A DNA stretch of 64,000 nt from Limnochordia bacterium (GTDB taxonomy: Bacteria > Bacillota > Limnochordia > DTU080), in contig JBMNJG010000016.1 of NCBI GenBank assembly GCA_050951545.1, positions 64,001-128,000 of the forward strand. The letters run 5' to 3'. Every line of letters begins with the position of its first letter. The first letter of the stretch is position 1. The position numbers were made by a program, and so were the translations under genes. The notes beneath the pieces are model-generated. The model saw nothing but the letters and a program-made list of their open reading frames with translations. It did not search any database and was not told the DNA's origin. Below, piece after piece: positions 47,979 to 61,937 of the stretch.

Positions 47979-48004
47979 CGGCCCGGGGAGCTCCCCGGGC
48001 CGAT
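47979..48004. terminator. GC-rich hairpin downstream of hppA
   Basis: CGGCCCGGGG-AGCT-CCCCGGGCCG palindrome. Confidence 0.6.
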
Positions 48005-48022
48005 CTGCCATGCGTCTGCAAA

Positions 48023-50131
48023 TTACAGCAGGTGATTGGCAATGATAAACGAGGCAAAGACCACAGAAACCATAGAGATCAGCTTGATCAGAATGTTCAG
48101 GGATGGGCCTGACGTATCCTTAAATGGGTCACCTACAGTATCACCAATAACAGCTGCCTTATGGGAATCCGATCCTTTGCCGCCAAAGTTTCCTTCCTCG
48201 ATGTGCTTCTTCGCGTTGTCCCACGCTCCGCCTGCTGAAGACATCATGATGGCCAGCATAAACCCAGCGGAGACGGCTCCAGCCAACATCCCCACGACAC
48301 CCTGCACGCCCAAGATCAGCCCAGTGACCACAGGGGCGATCACGGCGATCAGTGTTGGGGCAACCATCTCTTTCTGAGCAGCGCGGGTGCAGATGTCGAC
48401 ACAACGCGCGTAGTCAGGCTTGGCCTTGCCCTCCATCAGTCCCTTAATCTCCCGGAACTGACGGCGCACCTCGACCACGATCTGCTGAGCGCTGTTGGCT
48501 ACTGCCTGCATCGTGTAGGCCGAGAAGATGAAAGGCAGCACTGCCCCTAACAAGATGCCCACCAACACTCGGGGATCGAGCAGACTGAAGGACACGTCGA
48601 CCACCACACCAGCCTTCTCAGCCAGAATGATCACTTGCTCCTTGTATGCTGCAATGAGGGTAATCGCGGTTAACGCTGCAGAACCTATGGCGAAACCCTT
48701 GCCAGTGGCCGCCGTAGTGTTACCCAAGGCATCCAGCGCATCGGTACGCTGCCGCACTTCCGGCTCTTGATTCGTCATCTCTGCCACTCCGCCGGCGTTG
48801 TCGGCCACCGGACCGTAGGCATCCGTGGCCAAAGTGATACCCAAAGTGGAGAGCATCCCTACCGCAGCAAAACCGACACCGAAGAGACCAAGGTTGTAGT
48901 TTTCCATGCCCCCTGAGGCAAAGAAAGCGATAAGAATAACCGCTCCCACAACAACCGCAATTGGTGCTACAGACATGAAGCCCACAGACAAACCTCGGAT
49001 GAGAACTGGAGCAGGGCCAGTGCTTGCCGTTTCGGCAATCCCGCGAGTCCACTTGTACTCAGCTGACGTGTACCACTCGGTAAAGACACCAATAAGAACG
49101 CCACCTACCAAACCAGAGAGCACCGCTATATACACACCTGTGCCAACTTCGGTGCCCAAAAGGTACCGTAGCAGGGGGAAAGCTACCAGAGCCACGAGTA
49201 CTGAACTGATCCAGACTCCCTTGCGCAGGGCCTTAAGAAGCACCGCCTGGGTAGCCTCTTCGCTGGAACGGACGAAAAACGTGCCTATGATCGAAGCTAA
49301 CACGCCAATAGCCGCCAGTACCATAGGTGCGGTAACACCCTCGATAGACAGACCTGCCGCGGACGCCAGCGCCGCTGTAGCCACAATGGAGCCCACATAG
49401 GACTCATACAGGTCTGCGCCCATACCCGCTACGTCACCCACGTTATCACCGACGTTATCCGCAATAACCGCAGGGTTACGCGGGTCGTCTTCCGGAATCC
49501 CCGCTTCCACTTTACCCACCAGGTCTGCACCCACATCCGCGGCCTTGGTAAAGATTCCTCCACCGACGCGAGCGAAAAGCGCCATGGAGCTAGCACCCAT
49601 ACCGAAATTCAGCATCGTACTGGTGATGTTGGCGATACGAACCGCGGTCTCGGCATCACGGTAGAACCAGTTAAGGAAGTAAAACCAAACAGACAGATCA
49701 AGCAGTCCTAGGCCAACCACTACCAAACCCATCACAGCGCCGCTGGAGAAAGCCATCTGTAGAGCGCCGTTCAGACTTCCCTTTGCGGCATTGGCCGTGC
49801 GAGCCCCCGAGGCCGTAGCTATTGTCATGCCGATGTATCCGGCGAGGGCAGAGAAGAACCCCCCTGTCAGGAATGCTAGGGGTACGAAGATCACCATATA
49901 GCCGAGCTGAACCAGAACCATCATTATCACGAAAACAACCGCAAAGAAAACAGCTACACCCGTATACTGCCGTTTGAGATATGCTCGCGCACCCTCACGT
50001 ACCGCCTCTGCAATAGCTACCATGTCTGGGGTACCCTCGTCATGCGACTTCACTTTGGCTGCGAGGTAACCAGCAAACAACAGCGCCAGGATCGAGCCGG
50101 CGGGTGCCAGCAGCAATAATGAGTATTCCAT
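48023..50131 (-). CDS. hppA: Membrane pyrophosphatase, K+-dependent (likely Na+-translocating)
   Basis: [26 protein letters not shown] (K+-dependent signature), [10 protein letters not shown]. Confidence 0.96.
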   Translation of the reverse strand: MEYSLLLLAPAGSILALLFAGYLAAKVKSHDEGTPDMVAIAEAVREGARAYLKRQYTGVAVFFAVVFVIMMVLVQLGYMVIFVPLAFLTGGFFSALAGYIGMTIATASGARTANAAKGSLNGALQMAFSSGAVMGLVVVGLGLLDLSVWFYFLNWFYRDAETAVRIANITSTMLNFGMGASSMALFARVGGGIFTKAADVGADLVGKVEAGIPEDDPRNPAVIADNVGDNVGDVAGMGADLYESYVGSIVATAALASAAGLSIEGVTAPMVLAAIGVLASIIGTFFVRSSEEATQAVLLKALRKGVWISSVLVALVAFPLLRYLLGTEVGTGVYIAVLSGLVGGVLIGVFTEWYTSAEYKWTRGIAETASTGPAPVLIRGLSVGFMSVAPIAVVVGAVILIAFFASGGMENYNLGLFGVGFAAVGMLSTLGITLATDAYGPVADNAGGVAEMTNQEPEVRQRTDALDALGNTTAATGKGFAIGSAALTAITLIAAYKEQVIILAEKAGVVVDVSFSLLDPRVLVGILLGAVLPFIFSAYTMQAVANSAQQIVVEVRRQFREIKGLMEGKAKPDYARCVDICTRAAQKEMVAPTLIAVIAPVVTGLILGVQGVVGMLAGAVSAGFMLAIMMSSAGGAWDNAKKHIEEGNFGGKGSDSHKAAVIGDTVGDPFKDTSGPSLNILIKLISMVSVVFASFIIANHLL

Positions 50132-50287
50132 CGCGAATGCCAGCCTCCGTTTCACATATGCTACCACTTATCACTTGGACAGCGACTTTGGCCTACTGTG
50201 GACCCATGTATGTCCAAGAGCTATGCAAGTACGCAGGGAACCCTTGGCGAAGGGAACAGCCCCGGTTCGAAATGCATGTATGCCCCC

Positions 50288-50337
50288 TTCTCTGCTCCGA
50301 TTTGGGTACTGCTTCGGCAACCCCTAACCTGAGACCT
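50288..50337 (-). promoter_or_regulatory. Candidate Na+-sensing (DUF1646-type) riboswitch aptamer
   Basis: Minus strand GUCUC-AGGUU-AGGG-GUUGC-CGAA-GCAGU-ACCC-AAAUCGGAG-CA-GAGA; compact two-stem fold in the hppA leader; family match from memory only. Confidence 0.45.
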
Positions 50338-50448
50338 TTGGGTCCGAACGCTCCAAGCTATCTTCATTCGACTTCACTTGGAATCTTCCTGCGCGACAAC
50401 CACAAAATCCACCCTGGCATGGCGCACGAGCTACCCATGCCAGGGGCC

Positions 50449-51465
50449 CTAACGGGTTCCATCCACGCTATGGCTGAAATGAGATCCAAAGAATGACTCC
50501 AGATCGCGCTCCATCTCAGCTGGGCGTACCGGATTGAGCAGGCCCAATTCCCACAGCACCCACACCAAGAGGAGACCCGCCACCGCTACACACACTGTAA
50601 CCACGGGGTTCCGACGCCGTCGACGAACCTCGAGCCACGGGGCAATCGCGGTCATGGACGATCCCGCCGGCTCCTGCAGTTCTCGACGAGCTTTGCGTTG
50701 CGCCGCCGCTTCTACCGCAACACGGGTGAACTCACGGAAAGCACGGCTCTGGGAGGAATGCGATAGCCGACCTGCCACGCTCATACTGACACCCACAGCC
50801 CTGACATCAGGAATCAACGCCAATAGCCCCATCTGCAAACGCTGACCATCTGTATCGGAAAACGGGCCGTGAATCGCGATCTCTTTGCTGACCGGATCGG
50901 CCTGGACCTGCGAGAGATCGCTTTGGCGGATGCCGAGATAAGAAGACACGTGCCTAACCGTTGCCTCCGCTGTTTCCTGCCATAGGCGACGGACCATCAC
51001 ACTCAACGCCCATCCGTAAACCCCTGACCAGACCAGGGTTGCAGAAAGACCTATGAACAGAAACGGCACGATATGCCCGACAGACCAAGGTGTTCCCGCG
51101 GGGGTCATGGTCACCTTGGCAAAAAGCCCAAAGGCCAAGGCGCCCGCCACCCATTCCCATGGCAACCGCCACCAAACCTGCGCCGACCACAACCGCCGAT
51201 GTGGGCGGGTCACCAGGGCCAGCGCCACTCCGACCAGCCCAAACAGATACAAAGGCACGGCCCGAGGTGCTACTGGCTGGGAAGCTATCTCACCAGTTAG
51301 ATTGCTGATCATGGGGGATGAAGAGATCTGATGTGCTATGCGAAAAAGCAATGCCGTAGAGAGGCTGGCGATAGCCCCCCCGGAGCAAAGAAGATAGAGA
51401 GGTCCATAGGCGATCATAGCGTCCCGAAGGATCACATCCTGCTCCCGTGATATCATACCCACCAA
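50449..51465 (-). CDS. Hypothetical multi-pass membrane protein
   Basis: 338-aa ORF with about 5 hydrophobic segments; GAGGGGGG RBS; no family recognised. Confidence 0.65.
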   Translation of the reverse strand: MVGMISREQDVILRDAMIAYGPLYLLCSGGAIASLSTALLFRIAHQISSSPMISNLTGEIASQPVAPRAVPLYLFGLVGVALALVTRPHRRLWSAQVWWRLPWEWVAGALAFGLFAKVTMTPAGTPWSVGHIVPFLFIGLSATLVWSGVYGWALSVMVRRLWQETAEATVRHVSSYLGIRQSDLSQVQADPVSKEIAIHGPFSDTDGQRLQMGLLALIPDVRAVGVSMSVAGRLSHSSQSRAFREFTRVAVEAAAQRKARRELQEPAGSSMTAIAPWLEVRRRRRNPVVTVCVAVAGLLLVWVLWELGLLNPVRPAEMERDLESFFGSHFSHSVDGTR

Positions 51466-51727
51466 ACTGAACCCCCCTCAACTAACAATCCCTCTGCCCT
51501 GCGTCGGCATGAGCGCCTCTCATTGCCATGGCGCCATCACGCTGACTCATCTGGCGCCCTGACATATCCATATACTACGCCGCCAGCTGTCACTATTGTT
51601 CTCCACGGTAGTGGCCAGCTCCTACCTTAGTCAGCTCAGGTCGCTGCCAAGCCTTTGACTTTCTCTGCTTGTATGGTAAACTGATGATCGAAGTGACTAG
51701 TCGCTTTACGGAAAACTGAAAAGCGTA

Positions 51728-51850
51728 TCATCTCCGAAGCCCTGTTTTTTAGGGTACGGGGGACCCGTTTCATGGGGTGAATCCTGAATTTCAGGTAGGG
51801 CAACTTGGGTGTCCGAACCCGTCAGCTAACCCCGTAGGAGTACACCAAGC
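51728..51850 (+). promoter_or_regulatory. c-di-AMP riboswitch (ydaO/yuaA)
   Basis: CCGAAGCCC..GGGTACGGGGGACCC..TGGGGTGAATCC..GGTAGGG..CCGAACCCGTCAGCTAACCCCGTAGG matches the ydaO consensus. Confidence 0.9.
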
Positions 51851-51954
51851 GGATGTACCAGTCCATGTTGGATCTGGGCATGCGCTTTTTGTGTTTTCAC
51901 GACCTTTTTGTCGGTTGCGCCAGCACTTCTAGAATAGTGGCGAGGTGAAATGTC

Positions 51955-53466
51955 TTGAAGCAGTGGTGGAATCGTTATCAGGGCGATGTCGTCGGCGGTA
52001 TAACAGTCGCCATCGTGGCGTTGCCTCTCGCCTTGGCGTTTGGTATCGCTAGCGGTGCCGGGGCGGCTGCTGGTCTGTACGCAGCCATCTTTGCTGGTTT
52101 TGTGACCTCACTGTTTGGTGGTAGCGAGGTTCAAGTCAGCGGTCCCACTGGGGCGATGACGGTCGTACTGGTAAGCCTTATCCGCGACTACGGTATTCAA
52201 GGCATGTGCCTTGCTGGCGCCATGGCTGGTCTTATGCAGTTGGCTCTGGGAGCGGTGGGATTAGGTCGGCTCGTAAAGTACCTGCCTCAACCAGTCATCT
52301 CTGGGTTCACCAACGGCATCGCCATCATCATCTTCGCCTCCCAGCTAGACAGCGCTTTCGGTAGTCCAGTCATAGCAGTGGTCACGATCGTGGCCATTGT
52401 GCTAGCCAGCCTTTTTGCCAAACGGATCCCTTCGTCACTCTTAGGTCTTGCCGCTGGTATCCTCGTCAATGAGCTCTTTGTTCACACAACTCACGTGGTC
52501 GGCCCAATTCCCACGACATTGCCGAGACCCTCACTCGCCCTGCTGCCTCTAGCTAACATGGCCAACCTGCTGATGCCTGCTTTCACCATCTGTCTTCTAG
52601 GTAGTATCGAGGCTCTTCTCTCCGCAGAGGTGGGCGATGCCATGACAGGACAGCAGCACGACAGCAACCGTGAACTCATTGGCCAAGGCCTCGGTAATCT
52701 GGTATCGGCATTAGTGGGTGGCGTGCCTGTTACAGGCGCCATCGCCAGAACGGCGGTAAATGCAAAAAGCGGTGGCCGGACGCGCTTGTCGGGGATGATT
52801 CACGCAGTCATCCTGCTGCTGACTATGCTGCTGTTTGGGCAGTGGGCCCAGGAGATACCCTTGGGTGCCCTGTCAGCAATCTTGATGGTTACGGCAGTAG
52901 GCATGGTTGATTGGCGGAGTTTCTCGCATATTCCGCGTACCCGCTGGTCCTACACAGCGACACTGCTTATCACTATGCTCCTCACAGTTGTCCAAGATCT
53001 AACCGTAGGGGTAGCTGTAGGGGTTGCTGTAGCGGTACTCTTTGTGATCGTTGAGTTGGCCAAACTACCGATGATCATGCCACCCGAAAGCCACCATGTG
53101 CAGGCCCTGCCGTCCGTTCCGCCACGTGTCAATGTGACATCGCTCACGGGCCCGCTCCTCTTTCTCACCGTCCGCGGGCTCACTGACGAACTCGACGAAC
53201 TCCCCAAAGACCATGTGCAGGTAGTCGACTTCTCTCAAGTGTCAACGATTGACGAATCTGCTGCGCTCGCCCTCAGAGATCAGCTCGAAAAGCTCCAGGA
53301 GCGCGGCGTGCGCATCTACCTAGGAGGCCTTCAGAGGGCCCCCTTAAGAGCGCTCATACGTCTGGGTTTACTGGAGACTCTTGAACGACGCCGGGTATGC
53401 AAGAGCCTCTCTGTCGCCTTAGCCAGAGCTTCGGAGGAGGCGGCTCAGATGCGTGAAGCTGCCTAG
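51955..53466 (+). CDS. SulP/SLC26 family anion transporter with STAS domain
   Basis: GITVAIVALPLALAFG, SGPTGA, DSNRELIGQG, GAIART; C-terminal STAS. Confidence 0.95.
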   Translation: MKQWWNRYQGDVVGGITVAIVALPLALAFGIASGAGAAAGLYAAIFAGFVTSLFGGSEVQVSGPTGAMTVVLVSLIRDYGIQGMCLAGAMAGLMQLALGAVGLGRLVKYLPQPVISGFTNGIAIIIFASQLDSAFGSPVIAVVTIVAIVLASLFAKRIPSSLLGLAAGILVNELFVHTTHVVGPIPTTLPRPSLALLPLANMANLLMPAFTICLLGSIEALLSAEVGDAMTGQQHDSNRELIGQGLGNLVSALVGGVPVTGAIARTAVNAKSGGRTRLSGMIHAVILLLTMLLFGQWAQEIPLGALSAILMVTAVGMVDWRSFSHIPRTRWSYTATLLITMLLTVVQDLTVGVAVGVAVAVLFVIVELAKLPMIMPPESHHVQALPSVPPRVNVTSLTGPLLFLTVRGLTDELDELPKDHVQVVDFSQVSTIDESAALALRDQLEKLQERGVRIYLGGLQRAPLRALIRLGLLETLERRRVCKSLSVALARASEEAAQMREAA

Positions 53467-53799
53467 ACGTGGCCAACTGGTCCGCTCTCTCAAGAACCAG
53501 GAGTACGAACCCGATACTGCAGGCCCCTAGAAAGGAATGCATGTCGGCGACCACCACGACATAACACGATTTCCAAAGGAGCGTATTTCTACTGTGGCGT
53601 GTTTCTCAAGATCCGCTGATGCTGTCTCCAACAGCTCAGGCTCCCATTCGCTGTCGCTATCGTCCTTTCGAAGAGGCCAGTACAGGGGCGCCGTCGTGCG
53701 CACCGCTAGCGTCCCCTTCTCGCCCGCAAACTGCTGGGTAACGGATAGGCCAGAGAGCCTCAGCCGTCATACCCCGACAACGTGGGAGCATCGCCGGGG

Positions 53800-54645
53800 C
53801 TAGTCGCGCTGGAGATAGCGCGCGGCGTTCTTCTCCACCTCATGACGACGCGGCATCGTCAGTAGTTCCAGAAGGTCGTCGGCCCGGCACACAGCGACAC
53901 TGCGCTCCCCACCGGGCCTATCAGGGCGCAACACGCTTACTAGTTCATAGGGAGGTTCAAGAACAAAAGGCTTGATTTCCGCAACGCGTTGCACTGCCTC
54001 TTTCGCCGCCCGATGAATAAGCTCCCGCGCCACTTGAGGATGTAGATGAACTGCCGCCCCGTTAAACACCTTGTTCTGGCCCCCTGTCAGACCGACGCTC
54101 GAGCGCTGCTGAAAGCCCTCCTTTACTGCAGCAGTGACGATATTTGGCACTAGAGCACGCGCCTCTTCACACGCCGCCTTATCGCCAGTCAGCAGAATGT
54201 GAGGCACGCCAAAGTATCCGGTGAACAGGAAGTTAATCCCCATCTCTCCCACAGAAAGGTCGTTGATCAAGAGCTCCTCTTGGTTGAAACTCCCTGTGTG
54301 GCAAAGGTGCGCCCCCTTGGTGTTCGCCTTGGCGTGCTGCCCAACGCTGAAGGCTGCGGCGAATCCGCGATCACACAGAAAGGGATAGCCCATTGGTCTT
54401 CCCGCGAAAAGCCGAGCCCGGCGATGCAGTAGTTGCGGATTGATGGAGCCATGCCCGTGACCGTCAACTACCAAGAACTCAGTCGCCCCGGCCTCAATGG
54501 CGCCTTCAATCGCAGCGTTCACCTCCAGCGTCAGAAGCTCCCTCGCCGTCTCGTAATAGCGGCGGTCTGGTGCACAATAGTCGTCGGAATCGATCACTCC
54601 TGCTACGCCTTCCTGGTCAGTCATGATGTAAATGCGCATACCCAT
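53800..54645 (-). CDS. dppA: D-aminopeptidase (peptidase M55, DppA family)
   Basis: IYIMTDQEGVAG, VDGHG, HLCHT, TGD. Confidence 0.88.
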   Translation of the reverse strand: MGMRIYIMTDQEGVAGVIDSDDYCAPDRRYYETARELLTLEVNAAIEGAIEAGATEFLVVDGHGHGSINPQLLHRRARLFAGRPMGYPFLCDRGFAAAFSVGQHAKANTKGAHLCHTGSFNQEELLINDLSVGEMGINFLFTGYFGVPHILLTGDKAACEEARALVPNIVTAAVKEGFQQRSSVGLTGGQNKVFNGAAVHLHPQVARELIHRAAKEAVQRVAEIKPFVLEPPYELVSVLRPDRPGGERSVAVCRADDLLELLTMPRRHEVEKNAARYLQRD

Positions 54646-54717
54646 TCTCCTCCCAGTTTCCGCTGTGAATTGCCACCCTCTGTGTTGTTCGCCGTTGGAA
54701 ACAAATCCTTCCGAATG

Positions 54718-54927
54718 CAGCAAAAGCAAACGTCCCGCACTTGGCAGGACGTTTAAGGGTTTTGCCGGCGGCGAGCTACTCTCCCGCGCCTTCAGCTGGC
54801 CTTTGCTTCGCAAAGTCTCAGCTGTGGCACCGGTTGCCCAGGGGCAACCCTGTCAGCTCCAGCAAAAGCAAACGTCCCGCACTTGGCGGGACGTTTAAGG
54901 GTTTTGCCGGCGGCGAGCTACTCTCCC
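54718..54927. repeat. 68-bp direct repeat of 5S rRNA 3' end plus terminator (54718-54785, 54860-54927)
   Basis: CAGCAAAAGCAAACGTCCCGCACTTGGC(A/G)GGACGTTTAAGGGTTTTGCCGGCGGCGAGCTACTCTCCC twice, one mismatch. Confidence 0.92.
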
Positions 54928-55021
54928 ACAGGGTTGCCCCTGCAGTACCATCACCGCTGGAGGGCTTAACTGCCGTGTTCGGGATGGGAACGGGTGGGTC
55001 CCCTCCGCCATTGCCACCGAC
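54905..55021 (-). rRNA. rrf: 5S rRNA
   Basis: CACCCGTTCCCATCCCGAACACGG..GTTAAG..GATGGTACTG..GGGAGAGTAG. Confidence 0.97.
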
Positions 55022-55101
55022 AAAGTCTCCAGGTGCTGTGCACCCTCACAACTGCACAGAAGATAAGATGACGATTGCTGCCTGAGAGCTTACTACTTTT
55101 A

Positions 55102-58085
<2,984 letters not shown>

Positions 58086-58352
58086 GATTAAGCCCGCGTG
58101 TGCTCTTTTGAGCCACGCTAGGTTTGTAAGTCTCCTCAGGCAACTAGGAGTCGCCATGATGGTCGAGGGACCATCAAACGATCTCCATACACACCTCACC
58201 GCGTCGATGTCAGTCGCGGCAGGTGTGTGTATCGTCACCTTTTCTCCTCTGTGCAGTTGTCAAGGTGCAAAGACTGCTCCAGTCCCTGGCAACTAAACAG
58301 CGTACATCAGCAAGGGCCGACCTAGGAGTAGCCAAGACTGACCGCCTTGGCA

Positions 58353-59872
<1,520 letters not shown>

Positions 59873-60130
59873 GCTGGTATCATTACGGTGCTAGGCACCG
59901 GAATAATCTTGGATGCTTACCTGGCTTCTTCGAAATTACTCGTAGAAGCTCGCACCTCTCAGAGTTGCTACTCCGAGAAGTGTTCATAGGTTTCTCAAGC
60001 TCGCAACCAATCCATTACGATCGGCGCTCGCTTTCCCTTGCTTCTTTTTGCACGCTGTTTAGTTGTCAAGGACCAGAGTGTGCCGCCCGTTAAGCGCTTC
60101 TCAAAGCAGTGCTCTCGAGGCAGCTTGTGC

Positions 60131-60241
60131 ATTGTATCATGCCACCTTGGGCATGTCAAGCGTCTCGCTTTGTGGGCCCAGCTTCGTAGCTCGAACGTGA
60201 CCCACGATGGTTATTATAGCCTGCCCCCAAAGAGAACACAA
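60131..60241 (-). promoter_or_regulatory. Tandem rRNA operon promoters P1/P2
   Basis: TTGTGT-N17-TATAAT (60241-60213) and TTGACA-N17-TACAAT (60159-60131). Confidence 0.75.
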
Positions 60242-60291
60242 TACCCACATCCGCGATCGGGATATTGTCGCAATCGTCGAGACTAACCCTG

Positions 60292-60552
60292 TCACGCCAA
60301 CACGTAACGTAGCACTATGAGCAGTGCCATGCCCGGCACACCCAGACAGCCAGCGACCAACGCGGTGACTGGATTGACACCCACCCGCAGCCCTACAGGC
60401 TGAGCTGCCACATTCATGACCATGACCAAAGCTAGGCCCAGCAGACCCCGGACCATAAACCGCAAGATGAGTCTTCCGAGTGCCAGCAAACGCTGACCAG
60501 CCCCAAACAGCAACAACAATATAACTCCCAACCCCACAACCGTCAGTGCCAT
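60292..60552 (-). CDS. bofA: Pro-sigmaK processing inhibitor BofA family protein
   Basis: VGVNPVTALVAGCLGVPG motif; recR-yaaL-bofA synteny. Confidence 0.88.
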   Translation of the reverse strand: MALTVVGLGVILLLLFGAGQRLLALGRLILRFMVRGLLGLALVMVMNVAAQPVGLRVGVNPVTALVAGCLGVPGMALLIVLRYVLA

Positions 60553-60588
60553 TCGGTGCCACCCCCCGACAAAAGAACCTGTGCCCGC

Positions 60589-60894
60589 CTAGGGTAGCTC
60601 CGAGAGCAGCTTGCTTACCTCAGCCACGCCGAAGTTGATTCTCAGACCCTCAGATCGCGCCTTTTTGAGAAGGTATACATACTTTTTTTCCGCAGCCTCC
60701 ACACAGAAAATCGCGTGGTCCACCAGATCGGGATCAGTGACATTATCAAAGTACGAGCAAGCCTGCAACCAATCATGCCTTGCCCGCTCAACCGCCTCCT
60801 GAAGCTCAGGCACACGCGCTGGCTGTGTACTTGAGCTGTCCACGACCAGTTGGTTAGACACCATGTCCAGGAGATAGGACCACAACTTTGCCAT
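60589..60894 (-). CDS. yaaL: YaaL / DUF2508 family protein
   Basis: W..A..YFDNVTDPDLVDHAIF..EAAEKKYVYLLKKAR. Confidence 0.9.
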   Translation of the reverse strand: MAKLWSYLLDMVSNQLVVDSSSTQPARVPELQEAVERARHDWLQACSYFDNVTDPDLVDHAIFCVEAAEKKYVYLLKKARSEGLRINFGVAEVSKLLSELP

Positions 60895-60986
60895 CTGCGT
60901 TTGCCTCCCCGCGCCCTGCGAGTGGGGACTACCACTTGCATTATAAGCACGGGTGTCTCTGGTTATTCCGGTAGCAAAGAACGATT

Positions 60987-61586
60987 CTACAGCTCGCGCC
61001 GTCCCTCCAATGCACGAGCGAGAGTCACTTCATCGACGTACTCTAGATCACCACCAACAGGCATACCGTGGGCCATGCGCGTGACCCGAATCCCCAATGG
61101 CTTGAGCAAGCGCGCCAGATAGAGCGCTGTGGCCTCACCTTCGGGATCGGGATCTGTCGCAATCACGATCTCCTTCACCTGGTCATCTTGACAGCGAACC
61201 AGCAATTCCTTGACACGCAGTTGAGCGGGACCGATTCCTTCCATAGGCGATATGGCTCCATGAAGGACATGGTAGCGCCCCCTGAACTCACGAGTACGTT
61301 CCACAGCCACCACGTCGCGAGGTTGCTCCACAACGCAGAGCATGCTTGCGTCTCTACCAGGAGCTGTGCAGATTCGACACGGATCTACGTCCGTAATGTT
61401 GCAGCATACCGAGCAGTAGACAGTATTCTCTTTGGCCTCGATGATAGCTTGAGCCAAGCTGCGCGCTCGTTCGATGCTTCCACTCACTACATGAAACGCG
61501 AGACGCTGAGCTGTCTTTGGCCCAATCCCCGGCAGCCTACCTAACTCCTCGATCAGCCGAGCAATAGGTCGCGCGTATGCGTACAT
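60987..61586 (-). CDS. recR: Recombination mediator RecR
   Basis: [14 protein letters not shown]4 zinc finger, EGEATA TOPRIM. Confidence 0.98.
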   Translation of the reverse strand: MYAYARPIARLIEELGRLPGIGPKTAQRLAFHVVSGSIERARSLAQAIIEAKENTVYCSVCCNITDVDPCRICTAPGRDASMLCVVEQPRDVVAVERTREFRGRYHVLHGAISPMEGIGPAQLRVKELLVRCQDDQVKEIVIATDPDPEGEATALYLARLLKPLGIRVTRMAHGMPVGGDLEYVDEVTLARALEGRREL

Positions 61587-61588
61587 CT

Positions 61589-61912
61589 TCAGAAGAGGCC
61601 CCCGGGAAGACCTGGGATGTTCACATTGCCTGTCACCTTCGCCATCTCAGCTGCAGCCATCTCCTGGGCCTGCCGCAGGCCCTCATTGACCGCGAGCATG
61701 ACGAGATCTTCCAGCATCTCAACGTCATCGGGGTCCACTGCAGCAGGATCGATATGCACTTCCTTCACTTCCTGATGGCCACTGACCACCACCCGTACTA
61801 CGCCACCACCTGCTGTGGCTTCCACCGTCTTCGCACCCAGCTCCTCTTGCACTTGCGCCATCTGGGCCTGCATTTTCTGTACCTGCTTCATCATTTTCTG
61901 CATGTTCATCAT
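61589..61912 (-). CDS. ybaB: YbaB/EbfC nucleoid-associated protein
   Basis: [24 protein letters not shown]. Confidence 0.96.
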   Translation of the reverse strand: MMNMQKMMKQVQKMQAQMAQVQEELGAKTVEATAGGGVVRVVVSGHQEVKEVHIDPAAVDPDDVEMLEDLVMLAVNEGLRQAQEMAAAEMAKVTGNVNIPGLPGGLF

Positions 61913-61937
61913 GATCTAGCTCATCCTCCCGACCAAC

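Noticed and set aside
53470-53795. Possible gene fragment (minus-strand frame containing GEKGTL)
   Set aside because: Similarity is too short to assign and there is no start or RBS.
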